In this document: positions 12,601 to 27,684 of the stretch, in pieces | Layout: every line of letters begins with the position of its first letter | Position numbering within the stretch: position 1 is the stretch's first letter | Assembly: GCF_009914755.1 (NCBI RefSeq) | Contig: NC_060927.1 | Reading direction: 5' to 3' (one strand) | DNA from: the human T2T-CHM13v2.0 reference genome, Homo sapiens | Length of the DNA stretch: 64,000 bases | Position numbers and translations under genes: made by a program | Notes under the pieces: model-generated | Told to the model about the DNA's origin: nothing | Seen by the model: only the letters and a program-made list of their open reading frames with translations | Databases searched by the model: none

Positions 12601-13934
12601 TATGCAAAATAATTACCTCTGTGCTTCCATTTGCAAACACAGACTTTGAAGAAGATATCAACCAAACTTGGTCCATCCTAAATTTAAGAACTTGGCTCCT
12701 GATTATCATAGATCTTGGGAGACTTCATCCACCTATGCTACAAGTACTTTCTTAGTGATCCAGGAATTATCTTCTTCATGAGGCTTGAACTCCTTTACGT
12801 GGCTGACTTTCATGAAAATGGAGGATCTCTCTTTTCTAAGAACCCTATTAAGGACAGATGGGAATTCAAACAAGGTTTTAAAGTGGCCAAGGGGTAAATC
12901 GAAGTGTTTCAAGTGCCTCGTTAAAACCAAATACCACAATTGAAAAAGAATGAACCTTTAAAACCAATTGTCTGAGGCCTCACCCCAGGAAGTTTTATTT
13001 CCCTACAGATTAAGTATGTCTTTTCATTTCCTTGGAAAGAGATCTGCTTGTAAAAGTGTTTTATGTACAGTTTAAGTGCCATGCTTGTGCTGTCCCAGGA
13101 AAATGTGCATTGTCATGCAAGTGTACCCTGTATCTTCCCTTCTTGCTCCCTGTCAAGGCATGTCTCTATTACCTTGTTCATTTGTGCCTGACACATTCAA
13201 ATATGAGTTTGAAATAAGTTATAAATTTGCTTACATTTGGAAAATAATGCAATCATTCCTTCTTCTTCTCATATTTTCAGTTGTAGCTAACCATCCTTGA
13301 TCTAGGCTCTTCTATGCATTAGTCTGAATGCCAGGACATTCTTGATGCAATTTCTAAACTAGAAAAACGCAACCATTTTGAGAAGAAAACAAAAGGTGCC
13401 AAAGGTTTTACCTTACAGGTTTAAATAACCAACTGTATTTAACCAGTGTCAAGTTTTCTCAAAGGTATCCTAATATCCATTTGGCTCTTTCGCATCTACT
13501 GGGAATATTCAGTGAAACTAATTAATCAATGCATGCTTGTGAACCTGGTCATAAAAATAATATATCTGCACTCTCCTAACCTCTTTCTTTGTATCTACCA
13601 CCAGAGTTACACCTCTTCTATGGTTGTCAGTGGCCATTAAAACCTTAACTTCTTTCTGTCTTGTCTCTTGTTTATATCCTGTCAGTAGCATTCCCCTATC
13701 TCGTATTTCGATCTTTCACCTAGCACCTGTACTTTTCAGATCAGCTTTAAGTTTTTATATCTTTATGCTGACTTACTGGAACACATAGATGATACTGGAA
13801 CAATGCATTTAAAGAAAATTTTATCGTCCAACTATTAAAAATGATGATGAAGCTTTTTATCTCTTGTGGAAAAATGCCTACAATATAATGTTAAATGACA
13901 AAAACGGATTATTAAAGAGTACATAGAAATGTAA

Positions 13935-14247
13935 TCTCATGCCTGAAATCCCAGCATTTTGGGAGGCCGAGGTGGGTAGATCACTTGAGCCCAGGAGTTC
14001 AAGACCAGCATGGGTAACATGACAAAACCCCGTCTCTACAAAACATACCAAAAAAAGAAAAGAAAAATAGCGGGGCGTGTTGGCATGCACCTGTAGTCCC
14101 AACTACTCAGGAAGCTGAGGCGGGAGGATTGCTTGAGCCTGGGATATTGAGGCTGCAGTGAGCTGTGATTGCATCACTGCAGTCCAGCCTGGGAGGCAGA
14201 GTGAGACCCTGTTTCAAAACAAAAAAGAAAAGAAAAGAAAGAAAAGA
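13935..14247 (+). mobile_element. AluJ, slightly 5'-truncated
   Basis: Dimeric Alu with GGAGGATTGCTTGAGCC (J-type) and GAAAA-rich tail. Confidence 0.92.
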
Positions 14248-14305
14248 AGTATGATCCCCTTTTTTGTATCAATTTTTTTTTGTTTGTATAGAAAGTAGTT
14301 TGGCA

Positions 14306-14571
14306 TCACATGTTATCACTCATAAGTGGGAGTTGAACAATGAGAACACATGGACACAGGGACGGGAACATCACACAACAGGGTCTGTCGGGGGGTAGAG
14401 GGGCAGGGGGAGGAAGAGCATTAGGACAAATATCTAATGCATGCTGGGCTTAAAAGCTAGATGATACGTGCAGGAAACCACCATGGCACATGTATACATA
14501 TGTAACAAACCTGCACATTCTGCACAGGTATCCCAGAACTTAAAGTAAAATAATTTTAAAAAGAAAAAAAA
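14306..14571 (+). mobile_element. L1PA (about PA8) 3'UTR fragment
   Basis: L1 3'UTR ending CCCAGAACTTAAAGTAAAAT plus A tail; probable TSD AAAGTAGTTT. Confidence 0.92.
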
Positions 14572-14679
14572 GTAGTTTTGAAGAATTGGTACCCAAATGT
14601 GAACTGGTTATCTTTGGTTGCATGGTGATAATACAAATCTCTTAATTTTATTCATCAACAAAGGTATTTTGCTAGTTTA

Positions 14680-14991
<312 letters not shown>

Positions 14992-15134
14992 TTGGGGGAA
15001 AGCAAAGAATAGTTTTTCTTTCCATATGGCCTTTCATGTCTTAGAATTTTAAGTCACCCAGAAATTGGTGTGTGGGGTATTTTTCAGCTCTAATTATTCT
15101 ATTTATTTGGTTTAGCATGATTTTATGCATAGTC

Positions 15135-15300
15135 ACCAGAGCTACTTACTATCTTTGTAAACTTGTGCAGCTTACCCAACTTGTTTGTGCTTCAGTTTCT
15201 TTACCTATAAAATTGGATAACAATAGTACTTAGGTCATAGGGTTGATTTGAGAATTTAACAAATGTAAAAGGCTTAGAATAATGACCTAAACACAGTAAT
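15135..15300 (+). mobile_element. MIR fragment
   Basis: GCTACTTACT...TGCTTCAGTTTCTTTACCTATAAAATTGGATAACAATAGTAC. Confidence 0.7.
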
Positions 15301-16414
15301 TATTTTCTTTTCATAATGTATTTAATCCTAATAACATGCTAGCCAATATGGTAGGACCTGAAACTAAAACCAAGAAGAGTGTAGAATCAATACCTTTTCA
15401 GAGTTTTGAGAAAAAAGACAGATAATTAAATATATGATTATAATGAATATGCTAATTGCCATAGTTAGGATATATAGGAGGTTATTGGAATGTTTAAGAG
15501 GGGCATGTAGTCCAGCATAAAGACACCAAGGAAGGTTCCCTCAATGAAGTGATGTCATGATAAAGGGAGAATAATTCTGGGGGAGGAGAGGTTCTAATTA
15601 CATGGGCCAGAACATCAAACTAGAAGGTAGCAATATGATTTTTTTTTATCTGCAATATAACATGCTGTGAACATCTAATTCTTCTTTAAACATCCTAATT
15701 CTTTCATTGACTTCTGGTATTCTATGTGATGGAGACATTAATTGCTTCCTGTCTTCTAGCAGCTATGAAGAAATTATAATAATTTTTGATAAAGAACACT
15801 GAAAACTCATTTATGAAATCTCCTTTGGGAATGGAATGATTAATCCTTAAATAAATAACTTTATAAGGCAGAAGGAAAAAGGCAAATTTTATGAAGGAAG
15901 TGAATCTGTAAATCTTAGACTCTGGCTTTTATTGGCTACTTATTAGATTTTTATAGAAAAGGAGAATATTTATAATTTCAGATTAAAACTTTTAAATGAA
16001 GAGGTGATAGAGAAGGCACAGCTAATTTCTGTATGCACTGAGATAGCATTTAATGGTTTAATTAAGATATAGATTAAGTGATAGATATGAAACCTTACTA
16101 TTCTAGGGTCTGACCAGGAATTTAAGAAGACTGTGTTTGTTTTGATTTTGAGCCGAAGACACAAACAAAGGAAACCCTAGCTGATAAAGTGTAGTGTTGC
16201 CAGATTGGTAAATTGCATGCAATATGTATGATGATCCTTTTTGTAACATCAGATTTTTTTGTGGTTCATATATACTTTTTGTGTCCTTTTTAGTTTCAGA
16301 TATAGTAAAATAAAGCACACTTTAGGGACTTTCCTTTGACTGGGAATTAAGTACAGATGATTTTAGTCATAAGGATATGCTAAATTAGGTAGACTCAGAC
16401 CTTCATTTTATCAA

Positions 16415-16622
16415 TTTGTTTTTAATATGGTAAAATATACATAACATTAAATTTACCATCTTAACCATTTTGAATATACAATTCAGTGACATTAAGTATA
16501 TTCCTAATGTGGTACAGCCATCATTGCCATTTATCTCCAGAACTCTTTTTCATGTTGCAAAACTGAAACTCTATATCCATTACACAATAACTGTCCATTT
16601 CCTCTCCCCACCAGCCTCTTGA
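16415..16622 (-). mobile_element. L1MB-type 3' end
   Basis: TGGTAAAATATACATAACATTAAATTTACCATCTTAACCATTTT...CTCCAGAACTCTTTTTCAT. Confidence 0.8.
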
Positions 16623-18894
16623 CTTTTAAATAGAGTGTGTTCTAAATGTTTTTTTTTTAATCTGAACTGTAATTTGTTTATAGGAGCAACACAGTCAGTG
16701 ATGGTTGAATTTCCAAACTGCTCCACAAAATCCTATTTATAAACTAGCTAATAAAACTTATTAAATTGACAAAAACACACAAATTAATGGACAAGATTAG
16801 AAGCCATAATAGGTAGTAGGTTGAAACCTGGTATAAATGAAAGATATCTGTTTAAAAAAACCCACTTTATTGGGTACAAGATGATCCTTAATAAATATGG
16901 AGATGGACAGTTTCTGCTTGGCATCCGCCATACCTTTTGTTGGTTTATCTCTTACATCATGGTGCTTTTCTTTCCAACTTCTAAACACTTACTTCCCTCA
17001 TACTATCCTAAGCCTACATGCCATGCCCCACACAGTCCTGTATCATTCCTTGAAAGTCCCATACTTTAAAACCACTTCCTTCTCTTTGCACATTTTGATT
17101 GGAGAGCTTCAAACATGAAGGTGAGATATTTTATATTAACATAGACTAGAAAGATATCTGAAAACATCATTTTGCAAGTTATTTTTCATATTCTTAGAAC
17201 CCATGAGAATTCACAGATAGTATTACATTGCCAGGTAAAAGAAAAAGAAATGATTCCATCACACCATGCAAAATACCAAATAAAGAGCATTAAGAAGTAC
17301 TAGAGATGACATTCCATACAGCTTGAACTGTTTATCAGAACTTTTTCAGATGCCAACTTTGTGGCTTACAGAGAAGCTGCTCTGTTATTAAACTTAAAAA
17401 AAAAGTTAAATTACATTTGCTACAGTTGAATCATAGATACTGAATTTTATAAATTCCCTCGAGTAAGAATCTCAATTTACTTTCTTTCTCCATCTATTAC
17501 TGTTTCCATGTTTTATACTACTTGAGGAACTTAGACCTGAGGTTGGAGACGGTGAAAATTTAAACTGCAAATTTTGGAGGAGTGAGAGTGGCTGCAAACT
17601 ACTAAGCCAGAAGTCATTTCTCTGGGCTTCCATAGGTAGTTTGTATGTAGAGAATCAAATGGTTCTCATTTTTCTGGTTTCCTTTAGCTTCTCATGTATA
17701 CTGTCAGGAAAAAAAGACAAATTGTTTTGTAGGCCAATAGTTCCCCAAATGAAGCTTTGTCTTCTATCTTTTGTGATACCCTATTTATCACTATTTCATG
17801 CAAGAGGGTTTCAAGCTGCCTAGTATGTGGCCTTATGTAACTGTGCTTAGACAGTGTCTAACCCATGAAGTTTGGTGTGCTAGAAAACTGACAACTATTT
17901 ACTTTTGTGATGTGAACTCTTGCTTTTCAGTAAAGTTTGAATCATGATAGTTTGCCCTGTGATCTCTGAGAGCACATACACTTCCTTGGAAAATGCAAGA
18001 TACAGAAGGATTCCCCTTAATATTTATGATTGATTATTTGTATAATTCCCTTGGTGTTTTCTCACAGTATACTTGGTGATATTGATTGGGATAAACTCAT
18101 AAGAAAAGAAAATATTTTCTCATTCAATTATTCTATTCCATCCCATTCGATTTAGTTTAATTCAATTTGCCTGTGTTGAGTTCTTCTGTAGCAGGAGAAC
18201 CATTGCTTACCTCTAACCAGTACTTGCTTGAAGGTCATCTCTCATCTGAATGTTACCATTTCTTGCTGGCTAGGGCATTTCAGCAAAGGTCTTTGTTCTA
18301 GAAAGAAAAATCATGGAAGTGTTTTTATAGCATACTTTGTCTGGTAATTAAAATAACCAAAAGTGTTCTGGTCACAAAACTGTTTCATTTATTAGAGTAT
18401 ACTATTTTAATAATATTTCAATTCTCAAAGTTTGTTCCTACACCAACTACTGTGCTACAGTACACAATTTATTCTAGTACTTGAGCATAGTATCCATTAA
18501 GAGTTAGATGTTTGAAAGGCATACTTTTCAGTAACACTAACCCTTTTCTTCTTATTCTTCTATTTTAATCATTGCTGCACTTGGTTTATAACTGTGACAT
18601 CTTCACGTCAGTAATTCTTACAGGTATAATGCCAAGTAAAGTTACCCTTTTCAGCTGAAAACATTGCCATAGGGTAAATCTAAATTGGGGTTAAAAAAAC
18701 AACATAAAAGTAAATCATAACAGACATTTATAGGAAGGAAATAATATTTTTATTGAATGGCCTAAAGCAGCAGTAATGTTCAGATATGGGAAAATGCTAT
18801 CCTAAGGAAAATAGACAAATAATGGAAGACTCAGTTTGAAGGACCAAATACTTGTTAATTCATAAATTTTCTCAACATCATGAAAATAGTTTTC

Positions 18895-19262
18895 CATTTA
18901 TTTTTATATGATACATAATAATTTTGCATATCTATGGGATACAGAGTGATATTTCAATATATGTATACAATGTGGAATGATCAAATCAGTGTAATTAGCA
19001 TATCCATCACCTGGAACATTTATCATTTCTTTGTGAACATTCAAAATCCTCTTTTAGCATTTTGAATATATACACTAAATTATTGTTAACCATATTTACC
19101 CTACAGTGCTAAGAACACTAAAACTTATTCTTCCCTTTTTTATCTATAAAATGAGCTGTAACTTTGTATGTGATAACCAGCCGCTCCCTATCTTTCCCTT
19201 CCCTCTACCCTTCCTAGCCACCTTCTAATAACCACAGTTCTATTCTACTTCTATAAGCTCAG
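18895..19262 (-). mobile_element. L1MA-type 3' end
   Basis: GATACATAATAATT...TATGGGATACAGAGTGATATTTCAATAT...TGATCAAATCAG. Confidence 0.8.
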
Positions 19263-19303
19263 TTTATAAAGAGATTTTTATTGAGATAGGCGATAGGCTA
19301 TTA

Positions 19304-19605
19304 TTTCTTTTTCTTTCTTTCTTTTTTTTTTTTTTTTTGAGGGGGAGTCTCACTCTGTCGCCCAGGCTGGAGTGCAGTGGGGTGAACTTGGCTCACTGCA
19401 GCTTCTGCCTCCGGGGTTCAAGCAATTCTCCTGCCTCAGCCTCCCAAGGCACCCATCACCACGCCTGGCTAATTTTTGTATTTTTAGTAGGGATAGCATT
19501 TCACCATGTTGACCAGGCTGGTATTGAACTCCTGACCTCAGGTGATCTACCCACCTCAGCCTCCCAAAGGGCTGAGATTACAGGTATGAGCCACTGTGCC
19601 CAGCT
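19304..19605 (-). mobile_element. AluS with a small internal deletion
   Basis: Dimer; TSD GATAGGCTAT(T/G)ATTTCTTT at 19292 and 19606. Confidence 0.95.
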
Positions 19606-20910
19606 GATAGGCTATGATTTCTTTATAAACTAAGCCTGATCTATGCAAACAAAAGAAAATAGAGAACTCAGTAATTATGTAATGAAACTGATCAACATAA
19701 GCAATTGCTCTAGATTAGATTAGGCTTTATTATTTTTACTCTCCATCTTTTAAAATTAGAATTATCTGTCATTTACTTCAATTAATGATCAGTGTAGATG
19801 AAGTTTTTCATCTTAGCCTATGACTATTTCTACCCAGGCCTATTAATAGAAGCTGATCCTTTCTGACCATTCAATTATGCTATCATAATAACAGCACCCT
19901 TAATAGTTTTCTCTAGGGAAGATGGGTTTACTTGAGGACCAGAAACTATTAAATAAAATATTCTGTTGCTACTATGCCCTATTTCAGTTATTAGAACTAT
20001 TAATTTCAGAGTTATGTGACACAGTTAAAATGAACCATTTTGTGAATGGTCTAAAATATTTGGACACAGCCTACAAAATTCTTGGCCAAAAGTGTTTTAC
20101 ATTTAAGCCTGAGTTTGTCTCTACATATTGATTAAAGTTACCTGAAAATTCACCAGTTATTAACTTTATAAGCTTTGGTTCATGAGCTGCAATGATTGGG
20201 AGGGTTTGTGAGCTCAGCTTATCAGCAGAAATAACTCAATAACTAGTCACAGGCAATCATGGACACATTCAGTCAGTCTCCAGAGGTCAGCTCACAGGGC
20301 CAACTATGTATTTGCCAAAGGGTACCTAAAAGTTTCTTCCCTTTTTTTCTACTCCCTCTTCTCTCTTTAGGGTATTATCTCTGTTTAGCCTTAGCCATTG
20401 TGCCCTAGGCCAAGTTCCATTTATTCTTTGATACCAAGCTTCTAAAACCCTGTTTGGTTCAAAATTTCTAAATTGTAGTTGTCTACAAGACAAATAAACC
20501 CCTCTCTTTCAATAACAGTTTTTTTGTCTTTTAAAGTACAGCTTTATGCATTATTATGCCAATGTATCCATTCCTCACTAGGGATAGAAATGGGCAGGGT
20601 GAAGTAAGTGAAGAGGCCACAGATTTTTTCACTACCACGTGCAGACAAAAAAATCAGCACATCTCCCATGGCTGGTGTAGAGATGACCTAAGAAAGCAAC
20701 TTGCCATTTTTACGCTCTTCTACTAATTAATCAAGTCAGAAGAGAGAGAGCACTGTGCAATATTCTAAACGATAATATAAATTGAATTATAGTTTTCCTA
20801 AGTTACTCTTTACCTATAAGGTATATTTTTAAAGATTGTACTATTAATAGACAACATTTCCCTGTAATTTGGATGTGTACTCATTTTATCACATCAAAAC
20901 TGAATTTTTA

Positions 20911-21206
<296 letters not shown>

Positions 21207-22669
21207 ATATATGTGTGTGTGTGTATATATATATATATATTTATATACACATATCATGTATATATTATACCCTGAATATTCTATATCCAACAATAACTTT
21301 TTATTGTTAGTAGTGCCCTACTCTTCTATACTTTAGATATGAAAGAAATACTCTTTTCACTTCTGCTTTTTCAATTTAAATGTGTATAGGAAAGAATATC
21401 CTCTTATAAATGCCTCTCCAACAGAATTTTCTACTTGCAAATGGAATTTTTAAAATTTGCTAATGTGATATATGGATAGAGCACTAGGTCTTGACAAATA
21501 TGGCTCCTTTCCTACTGTTTTGAGACTACTTCAGTAAACTTTGCTGATGGAGGTCGAAAAGTAGTACCGAGAGAAATGATTTTAAAACATTCAGAAGAAT
21601 ACTGAAAGGTTTGACGTTGAGTTTGGGAGGACAGATAATTAGTTGGACTGTAGGTTTCAGTCACTCTTGAAATAATGGTGAAAGATCGCATTATCTTCAA
21701 AAGCATTTCACTGACTTTCAAAGTGAAAAATGCCTAAGACAGGAGAAATAAACTATATGCATTGCAACTTTATCCAGTGGAAAAATTTGAGGTATGCTGC
21801 AACAAGGCAACTCAGTCCTGATGTGGCAGTTCTAAGATCTTGGTTATTAGCAAATTGTTTATTGATTGAAAATCTGTATTTATCATTAGAGAATCACTGG
21901 CTTTTGGAAAATATCCTTGAGGCATTTCATAAAGTGCAGAGAAACAATCCCTAATACCACATGGGAGGCATCAGGGGTTAGAAAGGACCAAGGCATTAAA
22001 ATGTTTAATATGCATTCCGAAAACTGGGAATAAGATATCTTGCAATTCATCTGAAATTTCCTTGAAAATATTGTGTCTCTTGCTATATTCAGCATTGAAA
22101 AATTGTTTAAATATGGTATGGAGAAAGAAAAGCATATGAATGTATAGCTTCCAGATTCCTTGTGACTACACAGCTATTGTCAGTTAAAATAATCAGGAAA
22201 ACAGTTACTTTACCATTTTTTGAGTTTTTATAAAACTCACCATACTATGGATTTTATGTCTCCTCATTTTATCCTGGAAATAACACTTTTATTCTGAAAG
22301 GTACTATTATTATGTCTCTATAACTGACTACAAAACTCAAGTAATTAACTTAAGTAAATTAAGTTACTTAAATAATTAGAATAAGATCACACAGCCAAGA
22401 AAGGATAGCCTGGTCCTTTTTCATCCTTAATGTCACCCATGAATTACAACTCTCTATGGTGGTGAACTACAAGATAAACTGGAAAAAAAAATGCACTATT
22501 TCTTCTAGAAATATTCTAGATAAAATTGCAAAACTCATAGAGTTGTCTGTGCAGAAGAAAAAAAAATAAAAGCAGGCTTCAGACATATACTAGGCCAACA
22601 GGAGTGCAGATCAAACATGTAGGATTTTTATTTTTGTGCATTTATATTTCTGGACTAGAACATCACTTG

Positions 22670-23050
22670 ATCTGTATCTATTGAACATCTATTATATGCC
22701 AGATATTCTGCTAAATCCTGGCAATATAAAGATTCCTAACCTCAACGAATTTACTTTGTAAAAAAGGAAATAGAAATAAATATACAAACAAAAAATATAA
22801 ATTGAGATAAGGACTGTGAAGAAAACAAATGTGTTTTTAATAGAGAATAACACGTAGGAAGAACTAATTTAGATAGTATGACTAATGAAATCCTCTTGTA
22901 AGAACTTATTTAGGTGGCCCTAAACAAGAAGAAGAAACCATTCTCATGAAGAAAGCAGTCTAAAAAACTCTTGCAGTAGGGTGCTTGAGGTACTGGAAGA
23001 ATCTAAAGACCACTGGGGCTGGAATGTGGTGAACAGACAAACTGACTTTA
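22670..23050 (-). mobile_element. L2 fragment
   Basis: TATTGAACATCTATTATATGCCAGATATTCTGCTA...GGGGCTGGAATGTGGTGA. Confidence 0.6.
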
Positions 23051-24989
23051 ATGATGGTGAGTTGAGGATGTAATTAAGCTTTTCTACTTATACTAGAAGA
23101 TGTTAAGAGATAAGGCTTAATGCATTGTTAAAGAAGGTGTAATTTCATAAGCCCACATTTCTATGTGGATGAAGATGATCTCTTCAGGCCGGGAATCAGA
23201 GCTTAGAAAGGAAGAAAATTATAGCTTCTTTCTCTCTACTCTTGAAAAGTGAAGCTTATTTATCTTTATTAGAGGTAATTGCTTATCGATTGGTAGGTTC
23301 CTGCTATGGCTCCATCAAGGTCACAGCTCAGAGACCTGTCTAAGGTACATGAATAGATAATTTGTACTTGGAAAAAGGAGTTCCATTGGCCAGGAGATAC
23401 ATTAATTCTAGAATTTCTGAGAACTTGGAATTCTTTGATTTTTTTCCCCAACCCCAGAATTTAGCTTTAAATTAGCTCTCTTATTCTGTCTCCAATATAC
23501 ACACTTAGAACATTTGTTTCTGGTTTCAAATATATGTATTCAACTAAATGTAAGCTCTAGTACAAATATTTAATTAACCACTGAACCTTATAATTTAAAA
23601 AAAAAACTCGCACCAAAAATTAGCTTTCTTAGTTAACACTTCTAAAAATTGTCCCTGACTTGGGATTTTAAAATCCTAAGAGGTATTTGTATCATCCTTT
23701 CTTAGTGCCACTGACCAGAGAACATTCACAACTCTTAGAGTCTTCCCAGGTTCTTTGGGGGAAGTTATACGTGTTCTGTAAAAACACTGTACACCATAGG
23801 AGAGTTTAAGTAATATTTCTAAACTCAAATAAATATCGTACTATCTGGATGGGTTAGGAGAAAGCTTTTATGTTTGTTTATTTGTTGTTTTTCTTCAAAA
23901 GAAGACTAACATTATCAATGCTGTGCTTTTTGGCAGACTGCATTGGTTCTAGGTAGAGGTGGTTTGTGGGGATAAGGAGGAATTAGTTACTAATTTTCTT
24001 CCATTCTTTAACAGAACACAAGTATGATATGTGGTTAGTTGGTACAAAAACTGAGGGTGCAAAGGGCCTGGGAAGTCGTGGCCATTGGAAACAGAAATAT
24101 AAAGTCTATGATATCCTGGAGTAGTAGTCAAGAGAACTAGTTTCTGGTCCTGACTGTGCCATTAACTTGCTCTGCTATACGGAACAAATCACTTAACCTT
24201 AACTTTAACCTTAGCATTGGCCTCAGGTTCCTCATCAGATTCTCTTTAGAGCAGCTGCATTACTTCATTCAATAAAGATGGATGGAGTGCCCACAATGTG
24301 TTCAGTACTCTGATAAGTTCTAGACAGCCAACACAAAACTAAAAGTGCTTTGGGCAATTACCTCTCAAATATCCAGTTTTTACATATGGAAAACAAGTTG
24401 TTAAAAATAACTCCCATTTTACAGGATTTTGAGAGTAACCTATATGCCTGAGATAATCTGTAAACAGTGCATGACATGTAGAATGTGCTTAAGATAGGGT
24501 AGTTATTATTATTACTGTTATTAGTGGAGATTGTAGTCTGTGAACTCACAGAGCCTCTGAGGGGACAATTGAAATATTATGATAAGGGCCGTGGGAGGGC
24601 AAAAGGGCTTTGGATCTGAAGGCAGCTCATATAATTCCCAGTCTGGCAGTTGCCTGGAAGCAACCTGTGACTTTTAACTCTGAACTTCATGGTCTCACTT
24701 TTTTCTTTCTCTTAGGAGTCATGCATAGGGCCGATTCAACAACTCTAAAGAGTTGGTGAAATTTAATCTCCAAACTCATTGTCCATCTTATACTTTCTAA
24801 ATTTTCCCATTATAATAACCATTGATTGATGTCAAAAAAATTTGCAGACTTCTCTTGGTATTAGTTTTACTTTAGTATTTATTAATTGACTGTGAAAATA
24901 CATAATGACAGACATTACTACATAGGCATATATTTGCAATCAATTAATGTATTTAAACCCAAGTTTTATCTACATACTTTGAAAAATAG

Positions 24990-25372
24990 TGTTTTATCAG
25001 TTGAGTTTCTTAGAGAAAATGAACCAGTATTTATACCATGTATGGCTTACAGGATTGTGGGGGCTGGAAAGTACAAAATTTGTAGAGCGGGTTGGCAGAC
25101 TGAAAACTCTTGAGCAGGAGTTGATGTCACAGTTGTGAGACAGAATTTTTTCTTCCTCAGTTAACTGCAATTTTAATCTTAGGGCTTTTCATCTGATTTT
25201 ATGAAGGCCCACCCACGCTATGGAAGATTATCTGCTTTAGTTAGCTAAAGTCAACTGATTGGAGATGTTAACCATATCTACAAAATACCTTCATAACAAC
25301 ACCTAGATTTCTGTTTGATTAAATTAGGGTGTACTATAGCCTAGCTAAGTCAACACACAAAAGTAACCATCA
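24990..25372 (-). mobile_element. MLT2 (MLT2D-like) ERVL LTR
   Basis: AAAGTCAACTGATT..GATGTTAACCATATCTACAAAATACCTTCA...GCCTAGCTAAGT...TAACCATCA. Confidence 0.8.
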
Positions 25373-25611
25373 AAAGTACACATTTCTAAAAAATATCTTA
25401 TCTTATTCATTCTACAAAGATCATTTGTCATACACACAAGCTGAAAGAACTCTCTGCTCTTCCAAAAGGTATGGAGTATAGTTTTAGATTCCATGGACTT
25501 AGATCAAAATGATGATATGTGGTTAGGAAATATTATTAAATCAATGATTCTTTAGGACTTACAACTCTTCTATAATAGGGACACAAGCATATTAGTCAAA
25601 CAGCAAAACAC

Positions 25612-25831
25612 GCTGTCCTTGCCCTAAATATCATATAGGCTATTAGAGACATCTGCTATATAAACACATGAGCATAGCATTTGATGAGTACTATAATAGA
25701 GGATAATAGAGTTATGGAATAATCAATTTTGTTTATGCCGGGGGTCTTGGAAAGTGCAGAAAAGGAGGTGTTTAAATACAGTCATTCAAGATGAGTAGGA
25801 GGAAGGTATTCCAAACTGGGAACAACACGCA
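25612..25831 (+). repeat. 220-bp direct repeat, copy 1 (probably derived)
   Basis: Matches 27748-27967 with 4 substitutions by eye. Confidence 0.97.
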
Positions 25832-26992
25832 GTCAAGTGTTCAATTGCTTTTTCCGGGGAGAACTCTGATTTTGCTTATATCAAAGTTACCGTGTATGCC
25901 TGGCTCACGTTTTGACACTGCTCAGCAGAACAAGCAGGCTTCTGAGAACTCTGCACTTGTGATTTGTGATTGCTGGTTTGTTGTTGAGCATTCTCCTAAA
26001 AACTCAGCTAGCAAGATATGACTGCTGTAACTAGCCAACAAAGGCAGCACAGAGAGGGTTATGAATTATTAGCAAAGCATATTGATTTTTTGAAATGCTG
26101 GCTGAGGTTTAAAAGGAAACAGAAAAGTCAAATCTTTGATTGGGAAAGTCTGGCCCTAATATGGGTAGAGGAACATCTTTATAAAAATTTCTAGGTAAGA
26201 TATATATGATTATAAAAATAAGTTCTTTCATTCTGAAGTCAATTTCTCATCTCCTCTTTCTCTCTCCCTTTCAACTCCTTTGGACAAAGATTTTAGAAAA
26301 CAGTGTGAATTTTGTAGGCTTTGGGCCAAACAAATTGAAAGCAGCTAAGACATTTTGCTTAACAAAAATGTATGTAATCTGAGAAGTTTCATATGATGTT
26401 TTACCATTGTTGAAGTTGCACGGTTTTGCCACTATGTCACTACAAAGTTTGGGAGTGAGGAATCTCTTTTTCCCCCCTAAATCTAGCCTAGCCTTGATAC
26501 TGACTGAATATTTTGTATTCCATGTTAGTCATTTAAAAAAGGCATCCAAACAAAAGGAAGAAAAATGATTATAGGGATTGAAAAGTCATTGAGGAAAAGT
26601 GAAATTCTGATGAGAAAAGCTCTAAGGAGCAACTTGGTTACTATCTTTGAGAAGTTTTAGGACGTTTAGTTGGGGGATGTTTACTAGTTATACTTAATAT
26701 TCAGAAGTAAATGGTCAAGAGAAAATATTAAATCAATGGCAAGAAAGGGCTCTGATGGACATGGGAGGTACCTCTTGATCATATGGGTGATAAAACATCG
26801 AAATTGGCTGCTGAAGAAAACAATGTTAAACATTTAATGTGTTTGGTAACTATTTGTCTTAGTTGAATGAGAAATTTCTCTGCCTAAAGATGGAAGGCTA
26901 GAACACATATGCTTTCAAGCTCTCCTGCAACTCACCAGATTGTGTGAGTTGAGCCTTTTATATACAAAAGCAGGTATTTATTGAAAATCTAC

Positions 26993-27600
26993 TGTATTAG
27001 TTTTCTTTGCTGCTATAACAAATAACAAACTTAGTCACAAAATAACTCAAATTTATTGTCTTAGAATTCTGTAGGTCAGAAATCCAGGACAGATTTTACC
27101 TCTTGACAAGCTGTGTTTCTTTCTGGAGGCTCTAGGAAATTACTTATTTATTTTGTCATTTGGGGTTTTTGGCACAATTCAGTTCCTTGTGGCTGTCAAT
27201 TGAGGGCTATTTCCACCTTGCAGAAGCCACTCTCATTCCCTGGTTCATGACCCACTTCCTCCACCTTCAAAACCATGAGTGGAGGGTTGAGTCCTTCCCA
27301 CATCGCATGCCTCTGATGCTCTTTTGCCTCCCTGTTCTACTTTTAAGACCTCATTTGAATAGATTAGGCCCATCCAGATAATGCAGGATAATTTCTCCAT
27401 TTTAAAGTAATTAAGGTATTAAGTGTAAGGTAATTAAGAAATTAAGGGATTAGGAATCTCAATTCTATCTGCAACCTTAATTCATTTTTTTCATGTAATA
27501 GGATCATGTAGCAGTTTCATGTAATGGTTTTTTTCATATTCACAGGGTCTGAGGATTAGGACATGGATATCTTTAGGGGGACATTCTGTTGATTGCAACT
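26993..27600 (-). mobile_element. MLT1 (E-like) MaLR LTR
   Basis: TGTATTAGTTTTCTTTGCTGCTATAACAAAT...GATTAGGACATGGATATCTTTAGGGGG. Confidence 0.8.
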
Positions 27601-27684
27601 TCTCTGGTACTAGTACTGATTTTTATATTGCAGAAAAATCAACTTTTAAGAAGCAATCCCACAATACTATGAGTTTATAGTGGA

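Noticed and set aside
12712-12900. Exon-like segment ending at GG/GTAAAT
   Set aside because: Poor polypyrimidine tract and no recognisable product
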